DNA of 64,000 nt from Candidatus Micrarchaeota archaeon (lineage in GTDB: Archaea; Micrarchaeota; Micrarchaeia; Anstonellales; Bilamarchaeaceae). Position 1 is the stretch's first letter. Each line of letters starts with the position of its first letter. The stretch lies in NCBI GenBank assembly GCA_964552755.1, contig CAZKHX010000001.1:18007-82006 (forward strand). Direction: 5' to 3'. The notes under the pieces are model-generated. The model had not been told where the DNA came from and made no database searches. It saw only the letters and a list, made by a program, of their open reading frames with translations. Positions 29,901 through 38,678 of the stretch are shown here, piece after piece. The position numbers were made by a program, and so were the translations under genes.

Positions 29901-31108
29901 GGGCGGTCCGCCTCATCTGCCCCAACTGCATGGTCGCAGTGGGCGCGGGTTATACCGGATACGGGGGGGATGCCGAGAACAGCTACCAGCGCCGGCTCGA
30001 TTTCGCGAACTTCCTTTTCCGCTACCAGAACGAATCAACGCATTACATACTCAACGGGCCGGACAGCTACAACCTGACCATCCCGTGCGAAGACCCGCGG
30101 CTTGAATGCGACAACGAGGCCCTGAACCTGGTGGACGTGCTTGCGATGAAATGGGAGCTCAGCAAGGAGGATTCCTTCTGCGAAATAGAAAATGAGCAGG
30201 AGCGCTTCCAGGCAATCCTTGACGCGGAAACCGGCCTCGGCTCGCGCATGCTTGCGCGCTTCCACAAGCCGGTCGTGATTACGGACTTCAGCATAGTGCT
30301 CACCGAGTTCGATACCTGCTGGGACGCGGAGAGCGCCGCACGCTTCATGGTATTCCTTTCGGAGCACACGCAGGAGCTTGCGGAGAGCGGCCACCTAGGC
30401 ATAATCTATGATGCATGGACGAAGGAGCGGGCGGAGGCCGCGCCCACGGGCACCGCCACCGCTGCGGAGCAGGGCCGCGCCTACATCCGCGTGGACTCGG
30501 GCGACGTGGACGGCAGGAGGGGCACGTTCTATGAGGGCGCCTTCATCGCCTCGCGCATCTTTGCGGGCTACGAGCACAAGACCTATTTCAACGAGGTGAG
30601 CGCAACCGAGGAATGCTACTGCGAGCCCTGCCTGCCCTCCGACCCGGATGAGATTTGCAACGGCCGCTACCGCGGGGTTGGCTATGAGTGCAAGGACTAT
30701 GACGGCTCGCGCAGCAAATGGTCTGAAATGTGCGTCTCGCTCAACCAGTGCACCCTCCCCGGCGAGGATGATTATGAGATTGAATGCGACGTGATATACA
30801 ACAACGGCACCCGCACCACGGAAACCTACCATTCTGATGACATTGCGGAAACCCCTCAGCTCTACATGGACGTGATTGCCTCAATCGAGGAGGGCTACGG
30901 CACGCCCTGCTTCAACTTCAGCGGCAATTACATAAGCTATGTGAAGATTGGCGAGCCGATTTTCCAGGCAACGCCCACGATGTTCAGGACCGATGGCGAC
31001 ACCGCCAAGTCCTGCACCCCGCTGGAGGGCTTCGACCTTTCCTTCTGCGGCTACACGCCGCCCGTGAGCGACAGGGAGATGCACTGTGAAATACTAGGGG
31101 TGAGGTGA
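26951..31108 (+). CDS. Giant Cys-rich acidic surface (lipo)protein, 1385 aa
   Basis: MKK..FLLGC lipobox-like signal; many Cys and N-x-S/T sequons; possible TIM-barrel-like segment in the C-terminal third. Confidence 0.85.
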   Translation: MMKKLLALPAIAFLFLLGCNAPTYQDCCLYANASDSGICVMLNGTIYDDSTCDMELLTCNVTLDDRELEIPLCPKVDKVRCNTSCVGVFCGSFDYDPRPLPSPADDMQSDDEESQERVTAGSASERGPINLFQSECRVKNITPAFLRAAKSTGGFTLNVFRFGVGNSFAEFDEAMAYFPLTDLSCRINMYGTKDRYVNYVLPNSIDGSEKLCRFTGILDAMYICNIDSTIESHSYYDCASRCALAYQGYEPNVDPDNPYPTENEAGELVGNPFSYGIYGTYSLAPAEPLVLSSKYRDQVDMSGITFTSTSPFKDEYQPGYNFYGATFRKSDSLSAERGGIDWAVARYGLPIFFTDSIYDYYSGEMEDTDSMEFSGSTTVFTTAEQDLHGAYIPLLTHHSVYADQLAEGHRLDNGSWMPGAEFECADNSECISGFCNTFDYHRGNCIPKDKWILGEYISNYEVPCGCWEYQGETLCPGMQSYEAQAWDDTSERVRATAALSAPVRAHKELEVLTPLRSMPSKGRVFSHEDDETGETIPYVVIQVGGESRHPTYGYTNFGALDMAGVFDDESYRAAMAAWLMAVDARTLTIDQALSRDKWGQCGTDCGKFYTTFAEACMPEWDSDPDAYDYFHMCREFPEVSGGSAPPAAVYGKKVSPSTGEAVDSGFCASLNGNSELYDEVFCYERNIDDDCVAWSTTAIVVEPRPVTYRDEEGREIAGYAFGNCLADEDGTELLTHTYGICEQCTFLTLAKQEIVPLPQDEDDPGYPGSGDREDNKYCPNVVVETPYEPNDPAVTKFGSLGPYDEWQVGGTHGTEDYSQCYMPDYSENGLQEAWADYLPNAYYLKRKTESYLVRGVMPVIVATNDSLWEAYTSPGGERDWALMAYYWNHITRDDEGYARVTIDASHPYMIELAENEPQLLEQFAQHDEAGEYYAFGGPLLLNGIQDMGAAIIIVGNQDLGDWSSIPLFGAYSAGGGASNRDRARAVRLICPNCMVAVGAGYTGYGGDAENSYQRRLDFANFLFRYQNESTHYILNGPDSYNLTIPCEDPRLECDNEALNLVDVLAMKWELSKEDSFCEIENEQERFQAILDAETGLGSRMLARFHKPVVITDFSIVLTEFDTCWDAESAARFMVFLSEHTQELAESGHLGIIYDAWTKERAEAAPTGTATAAEQGRAYIRVDSGDVDGRRGTFYEGAFIASRIFAGYEHKTYFNEVSATEECYCEPCLPSDPDEICNGRYRGVGYECKDYDGSRSKWSEMCVSLNQCTLPGEDDYEIECDVIYNNGTRTTETYHSDDIAETPQLYMDVIASIEEGYGTPCFNFSGNYISYVKIGEPIFQATPTMFRTDGDTAKSCTPLEGFDLSFCGYTPPVSDREMHCEILGVR

Positions 31109-31142
31109 GGGTGATTTAATGTTTTGTCCCGAAATAAAGGCG

Positions 31143-34100
31143 ATGAGGCCCGCCGCATTCCTTGCGCTCCTGATTCTCGTTTCCCTAGCCTTTTCCACGA
31201 CCGGCCGGCTGCCCATGCAGATCGACCAGCCGCCGCTTATACCCGGGATGGGCGTCCCGCCCATGCACGTCCCTCCCCCTTGCGAGGAATGCCCTGCAGA
31301 GGGTTCCCTGCAGCCGTTCATGTTCTCCTCCCTAAATGAGGAGGCGGAGATTACCACTGTTACGATGGGGGTGCAGGCTGCGGACGAGCGCTACCCCGTG
31401 GAGGGCGCCACAATTTTTGCATATGTTTACGACCGTGACGGGTTCGAAACTGACAAGTGCAGGATGTACACCGATTCATCCGGCACCGCGGAATTCGACT
31501 TCAGCGGCATCCCGGAATGCACCGGAGGGGACGGGTGTACGATGCGCTTCATCTTCTGCTGCCCGAACCCCGGGCAGGGGTGCCTCATCGCAAGCTGCCT
31601 TGACGAGCCGATTACCGATTATACTGATTTCCCAATGTGCGCAGATTACAGCGGCGGGATATGGCCCGAGGCCGCAACGGTAGACGGTTCAGAGGAGCCG
31701 CTTTTCCCTGCGTATACCGAAACGGTGAGGCCGCCCGAAGAGGTGGTGATTGGCACCGCATTCGAGTTCGACCTCTGCTTCCCGGTGCTTGTCATTTTCG
31801 GCTTCCTTGCGGCCGCGATGTTTGCCGCGGGCAGGAATCCCTTCTCTGCATTTTCCATCTACACCCCGCGCTACACGCGGGGCGCGGAGCGCGCAATCAG
31901 TGCCCGCGGGTTTTCAATTGACGCGGCAAGCGTCGCGAGCGCGCTCGGCCTCGCCATGGCAGGGGGCAAGGCGCTCAAGAAGGCCGCGAAAAAGGCCGCG
32001 GCAAAGGCCAAGAAAGCGGGAGTGAGCGCCAAAAAGGTGCAGATGGCGGTGAAAGGCGCACAGACCCCTTCCAAGAAGCTGGGAGTGCAAGAAGGAGAAG
32101 AGGCAAAAGGGGGCGCGCAGGCCCAAAAGGCCGAATTGACCGGGGCGGGGGGGCCGACGCAGGCGGAAATAGCGATGGGCGCGGCCGCAGGAAAAGCGAT
32201 GCCCGGAGGCACCGCGATGGCCTTCGGAAAGTCCTTCTTCAAGGCAATATTCTCAATATTCAAGGGCGGCGATGCCGCAAGGGCAGCATGGGCGGAATTC
32301 GGGCAGCTGATGTCTGCCGGCAAGTTCAGGGGAGACATGGCGGCCCAATACCAGGGAGCAGGGGTAAGGGAGGCAGGGCTCGCATTCCTGGATACCCTCC
32401 TGCTGTTCGCAACCCCCTTCGGCCTTTACTATGCATTCGGGCAGCTGGGCCCGGTCAAGAAGCAGCTTGCCAAATACCAGGGCCAGAGGAACGCTCTTGT
32501 CGCGGCAGGCCTCATAAACCAGTTCAAGGAAGGCACCGCCTACATAAAGGAGAAGGACGGCATAGTCACGGTGCAGTTCGACAACGTCGCCACCGGGGAA
32601 ACAGTAAAGGAAACGTTTGACATAACCACAGAAAAGGGCATGAAGGCCTACCAGCACTTCCTCAACATCAACATAGTGATGCCTATCCAGATAGGCACCT
32701 CATTCATCCAGAGCCAGATGCAGGAAGGCCAGCAGGAAATGGCAAAGCAGGGGAACGGGGCGCTTACAGGGGATTCCGGGGACCTGCTCACCCAGTTCTA
32801 CCTTGTCGAGCAGGGCATGAACGTTGCGGAGCTCCAGAAATACTCCGACGCAAAGGCAGTCGACGCGGTGCTCACAGACCGCAAGGCCACTTCCGAGCAG
32901 AAGCTCTTCGCATTCCTTGCCTACATGTCCTCGGACAAGGCGAACCTTGCGAAGGCATCAAAGGAATACACGAGCTTCAACAGCTTCCTGCTCGGCTACG
33001 GGGGGGCCGCGGACCTAGTGGGCGAAGACGGCAAATTCAACGTTTCCGCCCTTACCGGAGCAATGCTGCTCTCGGGCCAGCTGGAAGGGGTATCCGAGAA
33101 GAAAGTCAGCGGCATAGCCGCGTTCAAGGCGAACCTTGAGGGGACCGTTGACCGGACAACCGGAGCGGCGCAAAACGAGGCAATAGAATCCCAGCTGCTG
33201 GCAATGGAAGCGCAGATGCTGCTTGAGGGAAAGGGCGAAAGGGAAATCGCGGTTGCGAAAAACAGGCAGGAGGCATACCTGCGCGGGAAGGGCATGGGGA
33301 TTTCCTCCGTCCTCGCGACCGAAGGCATGGGCGAGGACAGCAAGGCCGTCCAATTGGGCATACTCTCCCTGGGCTTTGCGAACATGGCCTATTCCGAGCA
33401 GCTTGGGAACAAGTCAATTGCGGAAACCGGCACCGGCAAGCTGAACAAATACTCTGCGGAGTATGCCGCGTGGAAGAAGCTCGAGATAGACGTAAGCGAG
33501 AGGAAGGGGGAGAAGCTGGAGCAGTTTGCGGATTCCTATAAGGATTATCAGGCATTCCTCGGGTATTCGCAGGAGATTGCGCTCGCGCTCCCGGAAATGC
33601 CCCCCGCGCTGCAGTACAAGCCGGAGGGCTCGCCCTCTGCCATGGCAATCGGCGTGGTTTCTGGGCAGGCGAAGCTGGAGAGCGTCCCGAAGGTGAGCGT
33701 CGGGGACGTTGCGGTTGCAGGCACCTACCAGATAGTGGGCAACCAGCAGGAAGCCGCGACGTATCTCAAAAACCTTGGGCAGATAGGCAATGCGTTCGAA
33801 ACGATGGGAATGCTCCTGCAGCCGATGGCAGTGGCCAACAACATAAACGCAATGAGTGTAGGCGGGGACCCGGAAACCGGCAAGGAAGGCAAGCCAGTTT
33901 ACGAACTGCTCGTTTCGGGAGAGCCGAAAGGCAAGAAGAAGGGAGAACTGTACGACTCGGCCATCTATGTAATGATGAGCACGCTGGAAACCTCATTCGG
34001 CGAGCCGCTTTCCACGCGGGGGGCGGAGGAGTATAAACAATTCGACTACATAAACTCCGGCGCGAAAAAGGCAGGGGAAAAGCCGCCGGAATATAAGGGC

Positions 34101-35156
34101 GCGGAGCTGCAGAAGCAGCTGGATGCGCAGGCAGCCATAATACTTGACCCTGCCGCAGACCCGGATGCAAAAGCCAAGGCGCTTGAGCAGTTTGGGTACC
34201 TTGCGCTGGGCACAATCCAGAGCTCCGGCAGCGCCAAGAAGGACAGGGGCATTGCGCTGGATGCAATTGCAGAGCTCGGCGTGACCAAGGCAACAAACCA
34301 ATATACGGACGCAACCCTTGGCCCAGAATACCTCCCCACATTCGAGACGACGACTGCCGAAACCGCCGCGGCGGAGCAGATACAAATAACAAAGGTGCAA
34401 TACCAGGCCCCCCAGCCCGAATATTCGAAGCCGGAAACCTCAGGGATGCTTACGACTTACCTCACCATGGGAAATACTTTCGCTGGCACTGAATCAATCC
34501 CCGGGGGGAGGGACCTGAAGAAAGAGATTGACTCCCAGACAAAGGTAGCGACTGACCCGAATTCCTCCCCGGACCAGGTAGCCGAATCGTTGCTTGTGCT
34601 TGGGCCGCTGACGCTTGGCGTTCTGCAGAACCCTGAAAGCAGCGCACAGGACAAGGCGCTGGCAAGGGCGGCCCTCACAGGCCTTGCGGACAAGGTGCCT
34701 GCTGACAACCTGCTGCCTCCCGAAGAAACGGTTGCCGAAACCACAGCAGGGGAACAGTTCAAAATCACGAAAAAAGGTTATGGCGCTCCGCCCCCCGCAT
34801 ATGCTCCCCCGGAGCCGGGCGCGAAGCCTCCCCTGGCCGGGGTGGAAGGCCTCGACCCGATGCAGAATTTCCAGAACATATACAACCTGCCGTCAGCGCA
34901 GAAGGCAATTGGCAAATACATGGAAGACCCAAAGATCCATGATGAAGCATTCAAGATGGAAAAAACCGCGAAGGAAACCTACGAAAGCATACCTGTGGGC
35001 GGCTACATAAGCAAGGAAGAGAAAGAGACCGTGCCCTTCCTTGAAGAACGCCCGTTGCCAAGGGCTACTGAGAGGTTTGAAGCGCCGCACGAAGCGACCG
35101 GCCCAAAAACAAGGGAGGAAAAGGCCGCAGGGCATTCCAAAGGCGGTAAGAAATGA
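31143..35156 (+). CDS. Large membrane-anchored protein: Cys-rich external N-domain, TM helix, long Ala/Lys/Gln-rich helical region with an internal repeat
   Basis: Signal MRPAAFLALL; TM LCFPVLVIFGFLAAAMFAAG followed by RNPFSAFSIYTPR; alternative start 31119. Confidence 0.8.
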   Translation: MRPAAFLALLILVSLAFSTTGRLPMQIDQPPLIPGMGVPPMHVPPPCEECPAEGSLQPFMFSSLNEEAEITTVTMGVQAADERYPVEGATIFAYVYDRDGFETDKCRMYTDSSGTAEFDFSGIPECTGGDGCTMRFIFCCPNPGQGCLIASCLDEPITDYTDFPMCADYSGGIWPEAATVDGSEEPLFPAYTETVRPPEEVVIGTAFEFDLCFPVLVIFGFLAAAMFAAGRNPFSAFSIYTPRYTRGAERAISARGFSIDAASVASALGLAMAGGKALKKAAKKAAAKAKKAGVSAKKVQMAVKGAQTPSKKLGVQEGEEAKGGAQAQKAELTGAGGPTQAEIAMGAAAGKAMPGGTAMAFGKSFFKAIFSIFKGGDAARAAWAEFGQLMSAGKFRGDMAAQYQGAGVREAGLAFLDTLLLFATPFGLYYAFGQLGPVKKQLAKYQGQRNALVAAGLINQFKEGTAYIKEKDGIVTVQFDNVATGETVKETFDITTEKGMKAYQHFLNINIVMPIQIGTSFIQSQMQEGQQEMAKQGNGALTGDSGDLLTQFYLVEQGMNVAELQKYSDAKAVDAVLTDRKATSEQKLFAFLAYMSSDKANLAKASKEYTSFNSFLLGYGGAADLVGEDGKFNVSALTGAMLLSGQLEGVSEKKVSGIAAFKANLEGTVDRTTGAAQNEAIESQLLAMEAQMLLEGKGEREIAVAKNRQEAYLRGKGMGISSVLATEGMGEDSKAVQLGILSLGFANMAYSEQLGNKSIAETGTGKLNKYSAEYAAWKKLEIDVSERKGEKLEQFADSYKDYQAFLGYSQEIALALPEMPPALQYKPEGSPSAMAIGVVSGQAKLESVPKVSVGDVAVAGTYQIVGNQQEAATYLKNLGQIGNAFETMGMLLQPMAVANNINAMSVGGDPETGKEGKPVYELLVSGEPKGKKKGELYDSAIYVMMSTLETSFGEPLSTRGAEEYKQFDYINSGAKKAGEKPPEYKGAELQKQLDAQAAIILDPAADPDAKAKALEQFGYLALGTIQSSGSAKKDRGIALDAIAELGVTKATNQYTDATLGPEYLPTFETTTAETAAAEQIQITKVQYQAPQPEYSKPETSGMLTTYLTMGNTFAGTESIPGGRDLKKEIDSQTKVATDPNSSPDQVAESLLVLGPLTLGVLQNPESSAQDKALARAALTGLADKVPADNLLPPEETVAETTAGEQFKITKKGYGAPPPAYAPPEPGAKPPLAGVEGLDPMQNFQNIYNLPSAQKAIGKYMEDPKIHDEAFKMEKTAKETYESIPVGGYISKEEKETVPFLEERPLPRATERFEAPHEATGPKTREEKAAGHSKGGKK

Positions 35157-35464
35157 CCGGAACCCGGCCGATGAGGCGCCTGAGGCGCCACCTCACGGTT
35201 GAGAACCTCTGGCTATACATCCTCTCATTAATCAGGAAAAAGAAGGAAGTTTACGCATATGCGCTCCCGGAAGAGATAGAGAAGCGCTATTCCTTCAAGC
35301 CCAGCAGGGTGATGATGTACATAGTATTGCACATGCTGGAGGATGAGGGGCTTATTACAAGCAAAATGAAGGAGCGCAGGAAATATTACAGGCTTACGAA
35401 GAAAGGCAACGAAGCGCTGAAAGAATCCAGGAAAATGCTCACATCCCTTTCAAGGAAGCTCTGA
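35153..35464 (+). CDS. PadR-family transcriptional regulator
   Basis: YAYAL..EI, YIVLHMLEDEGLI, RKYYRLTKKG winged-helix pattern; ATGA overlap with the upstream gene. Confidence 0.88.
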   Translation: MTGTRPMRRLRRHLTVENLWLYILSLIRKKKEVYAYALPEEIEKRYSFKPSRVMMYIVLHMLEDEGLITSKMKERRKYYRLTKKGNEALKESRKMLTSLSRKL

Positions 35465-35517
35465 CCGGTGCGGAAGCGCCATGCTGGCACCCTCCGGCGC
35501 AATGGGCCGCGGGAGCC

Positions 35518-36561
35518 CTAATCAATGCGGAAGCGCAAAAGCGCAACCAGCCCGCCGAAGCCCTTGAGCTTCTGCGCGGCATCGCTTTCCGAGAAGAAAA
35601 CCACTTCCGCCTTTTTCTTTTCAGCGGCTTCGACTATGTCCTCTACTTCTTTGCTCTTGCGCAACGCCTCGTCAAGGACGAGCAATTTCTCCACAGCAGA
35701 GGCGGCAACCGCATCCTTCACCTTCCCAAGGCCGTAGCATGCAAGGCCGCTGTCCCTGTGCAGCTCCACCATGAACTCCTCCATGAGTGTCTCTTCCCTT
35801 TCCACCTGCGCCTCCCCCGCGACGCGGGCGACAACCCCTCCCTTGAGGAGCTCATTCACCCCGGTGCGCTCGGCATAGGAACAGGTTTCGAAGACCATCC
35901 GCTCAAGCAGGGCGGGCTCCTTTTTCTTTATGAAATCCCTGAGCCCGTCCTTTGCAAAGCCAGGGCCGGCAACTATGAATTTCTCCGGGTGCTTGGAGAT
36001 GAAGGCCGCAACGTCCCCGTAATACTGCAAAAGCTTCTCCTCATATTTTCCCTCTTTTTTCGAGCCGTGGAATTCGAATTCAGGGCCGTAGGAGACCCCG
36101 TAGCCGCGCAGGACCGCGGTGAGCGCGTGCTCCTCGTCCATCGCTATTATGCGGAGCACCGGCCTCTTGGTCTCTTCTACTGCTTTTTTCAGCCGCGAGA
36201 CCTCGAACTCCTTCCACTTCTTGGTAACCTTGGGCTTGCTGCCGGGCCCGAATTCAAACGTATGGTGCCGGCCCCTCTGCACGAATTCCTCGGGCGTGCC
36301 CGCTTCAATCGTGCCGCCCACCCGCAGCCGGTTCGCATACTCCGCGAATTCAGCGCTTTCCATGCGAAGTGCAATCGTAACCGGCTTTTTCTCCTCTTTT
36401 CCTTCCCCAAATTTCACGCTGCGCCACGTCCTTGCGGTAACGAGGTCGCCGGGGCGCAGCACCCTCTCAAGGTGCCACAGGTCCTCCAGCCGCTCAAGCA
36501 GGAGCTTCATCTCGCCGGTTTTCCGGTCGAAGTGCACTATGCGCATGGGAAGGATTAGCAT
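35518..36561 (-). CDS. pelA: mRNA surveillance protein pelota
   Basis: EDLWHL..GDLV, RLRVGG, HHT, VAGPGFAK, GGLVALLRF (eRF1 1-3 domains). Confidence 0.95.
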   Translation of the reverse strand: MLILPMRIVHFDRKTGEMKLLLERLEDLWHLERVLRPGDLVTARTWRSVKFGEGKEEKKPVTIALRMESAEFAEYANRLRVGGTIEAGTPEEFVQRGRHHTFEFGPGSKPKVTKKWKEFEVSRLKKAVEETKRPVLRIIAMDEEHALTAVLRGYGVSYGPEFEFHGSKKEGKYEEKLLQYYGDVAAFISKHPEKFIVAGPGFAKDGLRDFIKKKEPALLERMVFETCSYAERTGVNELLKGGVVARVAGEAQVEREETLMEEFMVELHRDSGLACYGLGKVKDAVAASAVEKLLVLDEALRKSKEVEDIVEAAEKKKAEVVFFSESDAAQKLKGFGGLVALLRFRID

Positions 36562-36572
36562 GGAAAAGGCAT

Positions 36573-37067
36573 TTAATCAGAGCGGGAAAGCCGCTCGAGA
36601 ATCGCTTTTTTCTCCTCTTCCGGGATGCCTTCGTCGTCCCTGAAGAAGTCATTGTAGAATTCGCGGAGCAGCTTGCGCGTGCGCTCCGGGTCGATGCGCC
36701 ATGCTTCGCGTATGTGCAGCCGTGCCTTTGGGGAATCCAGGAATAGGTAGCATACGCCGAGCATAAAGTTTACGTCAGCATCCTTTTTGAGCCCAAGCGC
36801 ACGGTGGAGGTGGTTGGCGGCCGCCTCGAACTCGAACCGCTCCATGTGCAGGTGCGCGATTGCCTTCAGGTACTTTTGGGAAACCTTGGAATAGAGCGCG
36901 CGGGTATAGCATTCCATCGCGCGCATGGAGTCGCCCTCGTGCTTTGCGGCCATGCCGAGCATGAACCACGCTTCCGCATCCCCCTTGTCCTTCGCGAGGC
37001 GCTCCTTTGCAATCCTGCGCACTTCCCCTGCCTTTCCCTTGCTGAGAAGCGCAAGAAGCTCATCCAT
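36573..37067 (-). CDS. TPR-repeat protein
   Basis: AEAWFMLG..AMECYTRAL and ADVNFMLGVCY repeats. Confidence 0.75.
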   Translation of the reverse strand: MDELLALLSKGKAGEVRRIAKERLAKDKGDAEAWFMLGMAAKHEGDSMRAMECYTRALYSKVSQKYLKAIAHLHMERFEFEAAANHLHRALGLKKDADVNFMLGVCYLFLDSPKARLHIREAWRIDPERTRKLLREFYNDFFRDDEGIPEEEKKAILERLSRSD

Positions 37068-37122
37068 GATTTTCCTTCCACATCCGCTTTTAAAAATAGT
37101 TGTGCTCCTTTCCAATACGAAA

Positions 37123-37274
37123 AGCCCCGTCGTCTAGTTGGTCTAGGATAGCAGGCTTTGGAAAGCCTTTTTGGCTTTCGGGTGTCTCAGGGCAAAAAGC
37201 CTTGGGAAAAACCCTTAGGTACGCCAAAGGCTTGGGGAAACCTGCAGGCACCAGTTCGAATCTGGTCGGGGCTA
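37123..37274 (+). tRNA. tRNA-Gln(TTG) with 78-nt intron at 37/38 (37162-37239)
   Basis: Acceptor AGCCCCG/CGGGGCT+A; anticodon stem GCAGG/CCTGC, loop CTTTGG|A; GTTCGAATC T-loop. Confidence 0.92.
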
Positions 37275-37284
37275 AGACAACCGC

Positions 37285-37316
37285 GGAGGGGGATGCCCCC
37301 TCCCTGGTTTTTCTTT
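37285..37316 (+). terminator. Hairpin plus T-tract after tRNA-Gln
   Basis: GGAGGGGG-atg-CCCCCTCC followed by TTTTTCTTT. Confidence 0.5.
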
Positions 37317-37384
37317 GATTCCCGACCCTCCCCCATATTAGTAATGTTTATAAAGATTGGAAGTGGAATATATGTGTGCGAAAA

Positions 37385-37671
37385 TGGCATTTAAGGAGAT
37401 GCTTAGAGAAAAAGAGGCAAAATCCGAGAAGCTTGGCCTCATACCGAAAATCGCAAAGGCAGACTATACCATGCACTCCCTGAAGCACCTTGCAGGGAAC
37501 GTGCGCGAGATGGAGCACGAAAGCAGGCACTACGGGAATGCGCATTCCGCATGGGAGCATGTCGCCCTGAGGGAGAAATGGGAAGGCCTGCCCATGAATG
37601 CGAGCCACCAGTCCTATTCGCACAACCACGTCCTTAGGCTTTTTGAGAATTTCAGGGGTGCAGTGCTCTAG
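37385..37671 (+). CDS. Hypothetical His-rich small protein
   Basis: ORF MAFKEMLREK downstream of TTTATAAA; start uncertain. Confidence 0.55.
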
Positions 37672-38628
37672 TCATTCCATCTCTATTGTTGAAGGCGGCT
37701 TATTGGTAATGTCATAAACTACGCGCCCGGCCCCGCGTATTTCGTTCGTAATCCTTGTGGAAATCTTCGCGAGCACTGAGTGCGGGATTTCCGAGAAGTT
37801 CGCAGTCATGCCGTCAAGGCTGCGCACCGCCCTTACTATTATGGTATATTTGTATATGCGCTCATCCCCTGCGACGCCGACTGTTTTTGCGGGCAGCACC
37901 GCCGCAAAGTACTGCCATGGGCGCTCCATCTCCCCGCGTTCCGAGGCGCGGTCGATTTCCTCTTCGGCGATTGCGCAGGCCTCGCGCACTATCTCCAGCT
38001 TTTCACGCGTAATCTCCCCCACTACCCGCACCGCAAGGCCCGGGCCGGGGAATGGCTGGCGCTCGTAGACGAACTCCGGGATGCCCAGTTCCTTGGCTGC
38101 CATGCGCACCTCATGCTTGTAGAGCTCGCGCAGGGGCTCGCATAGCTTGAGCTTCATCCCCTCCGGGAGGCCGCCGACGTTGTGGTGGCTCTTTATCGTG
38201 TCCCGGCCCATGCCGCCGCTCTCGATCCAGTCGGGCGCAATCGTCCCCTGTATGAGGTATTCCACCCCCTCCTTCTCCGCAATCTCGTCGAAAACCTCTA
38301 TGAACATCGCGCCTATTTTCTTCCTCTTCTCCTCGGGGTCGGAAACGCCTTCGAGCTTTGAGATGAAATATTCCTGCCTGTCCACCACACGCAGGGGGAT
38401 GCCCGCCTTTTCCGCAGCTTCAAGGGCGCGCTCCGCCTCATTCTTCCGCATGAAGCCGGTATCCACAAAAACAGCGACCAGCTGGCCGGGCACCGCGCGC
38501 GCGGCGAGCGCAGCTGCGGTCATGGAATCCACTCCCCCCGAGACGGCGGTGATGCACCTTGCGCTGCCCACCTTCTCCTTCATCTCCTTCTCCCCATCCT
38601 CCACGAATTTCGCAGGGTCGAACGCCAT
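37672..38628 (-). CDS. guaAB: GMP synthase ATP-pyrophosphatase subunit B
   Basis: SGGVDS PP-loop, QGTIAPDWIES, IKSHHNVGGLP, PFPGPGLAVR, KPPSTIE. Confidence 0.95.
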   Translation of the reverse strand: MAFDPAKFVEDGEKEMKEKVGSARCITAVSGGVDSMTAAALAARAVPGQLVAVFVDTGFMRKNEAERALEAAEKAGIPLRVVDRQEYFISKLEGVSDPEEKRKKIGAMFIEVFDEIAEKEGVEYLIQGTIAPDWIESGGMGRDTIKSHHNVGGLPEGMKLKLCEPLRELYKHEVRMAAKELGIPEFVYERQPFPGPGLAVRVVGEITREKLEIVREACAIAEEEIDRASERGEMERPWQYFAAVLPAKTVGVAGDERIYKYTIIVRAVRSLDGMTANFSEIPHSVLAKISTRITNEIRGAGRVVYDITNKPPSTIEME

Positions 38629-38678
38629 ATTGGATATTCGCGTTTCCTTATTTAAACATGACGTGCCCAATCCATCCC

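Noticed and set aside
10026-35156. Provirus or conjugative element (holin-like and tape-measure-like genes)
   Set aside because: No integrase, capsid, terminase, relaxase or VirB4; no flanking att repeats seen; composition matches the host.
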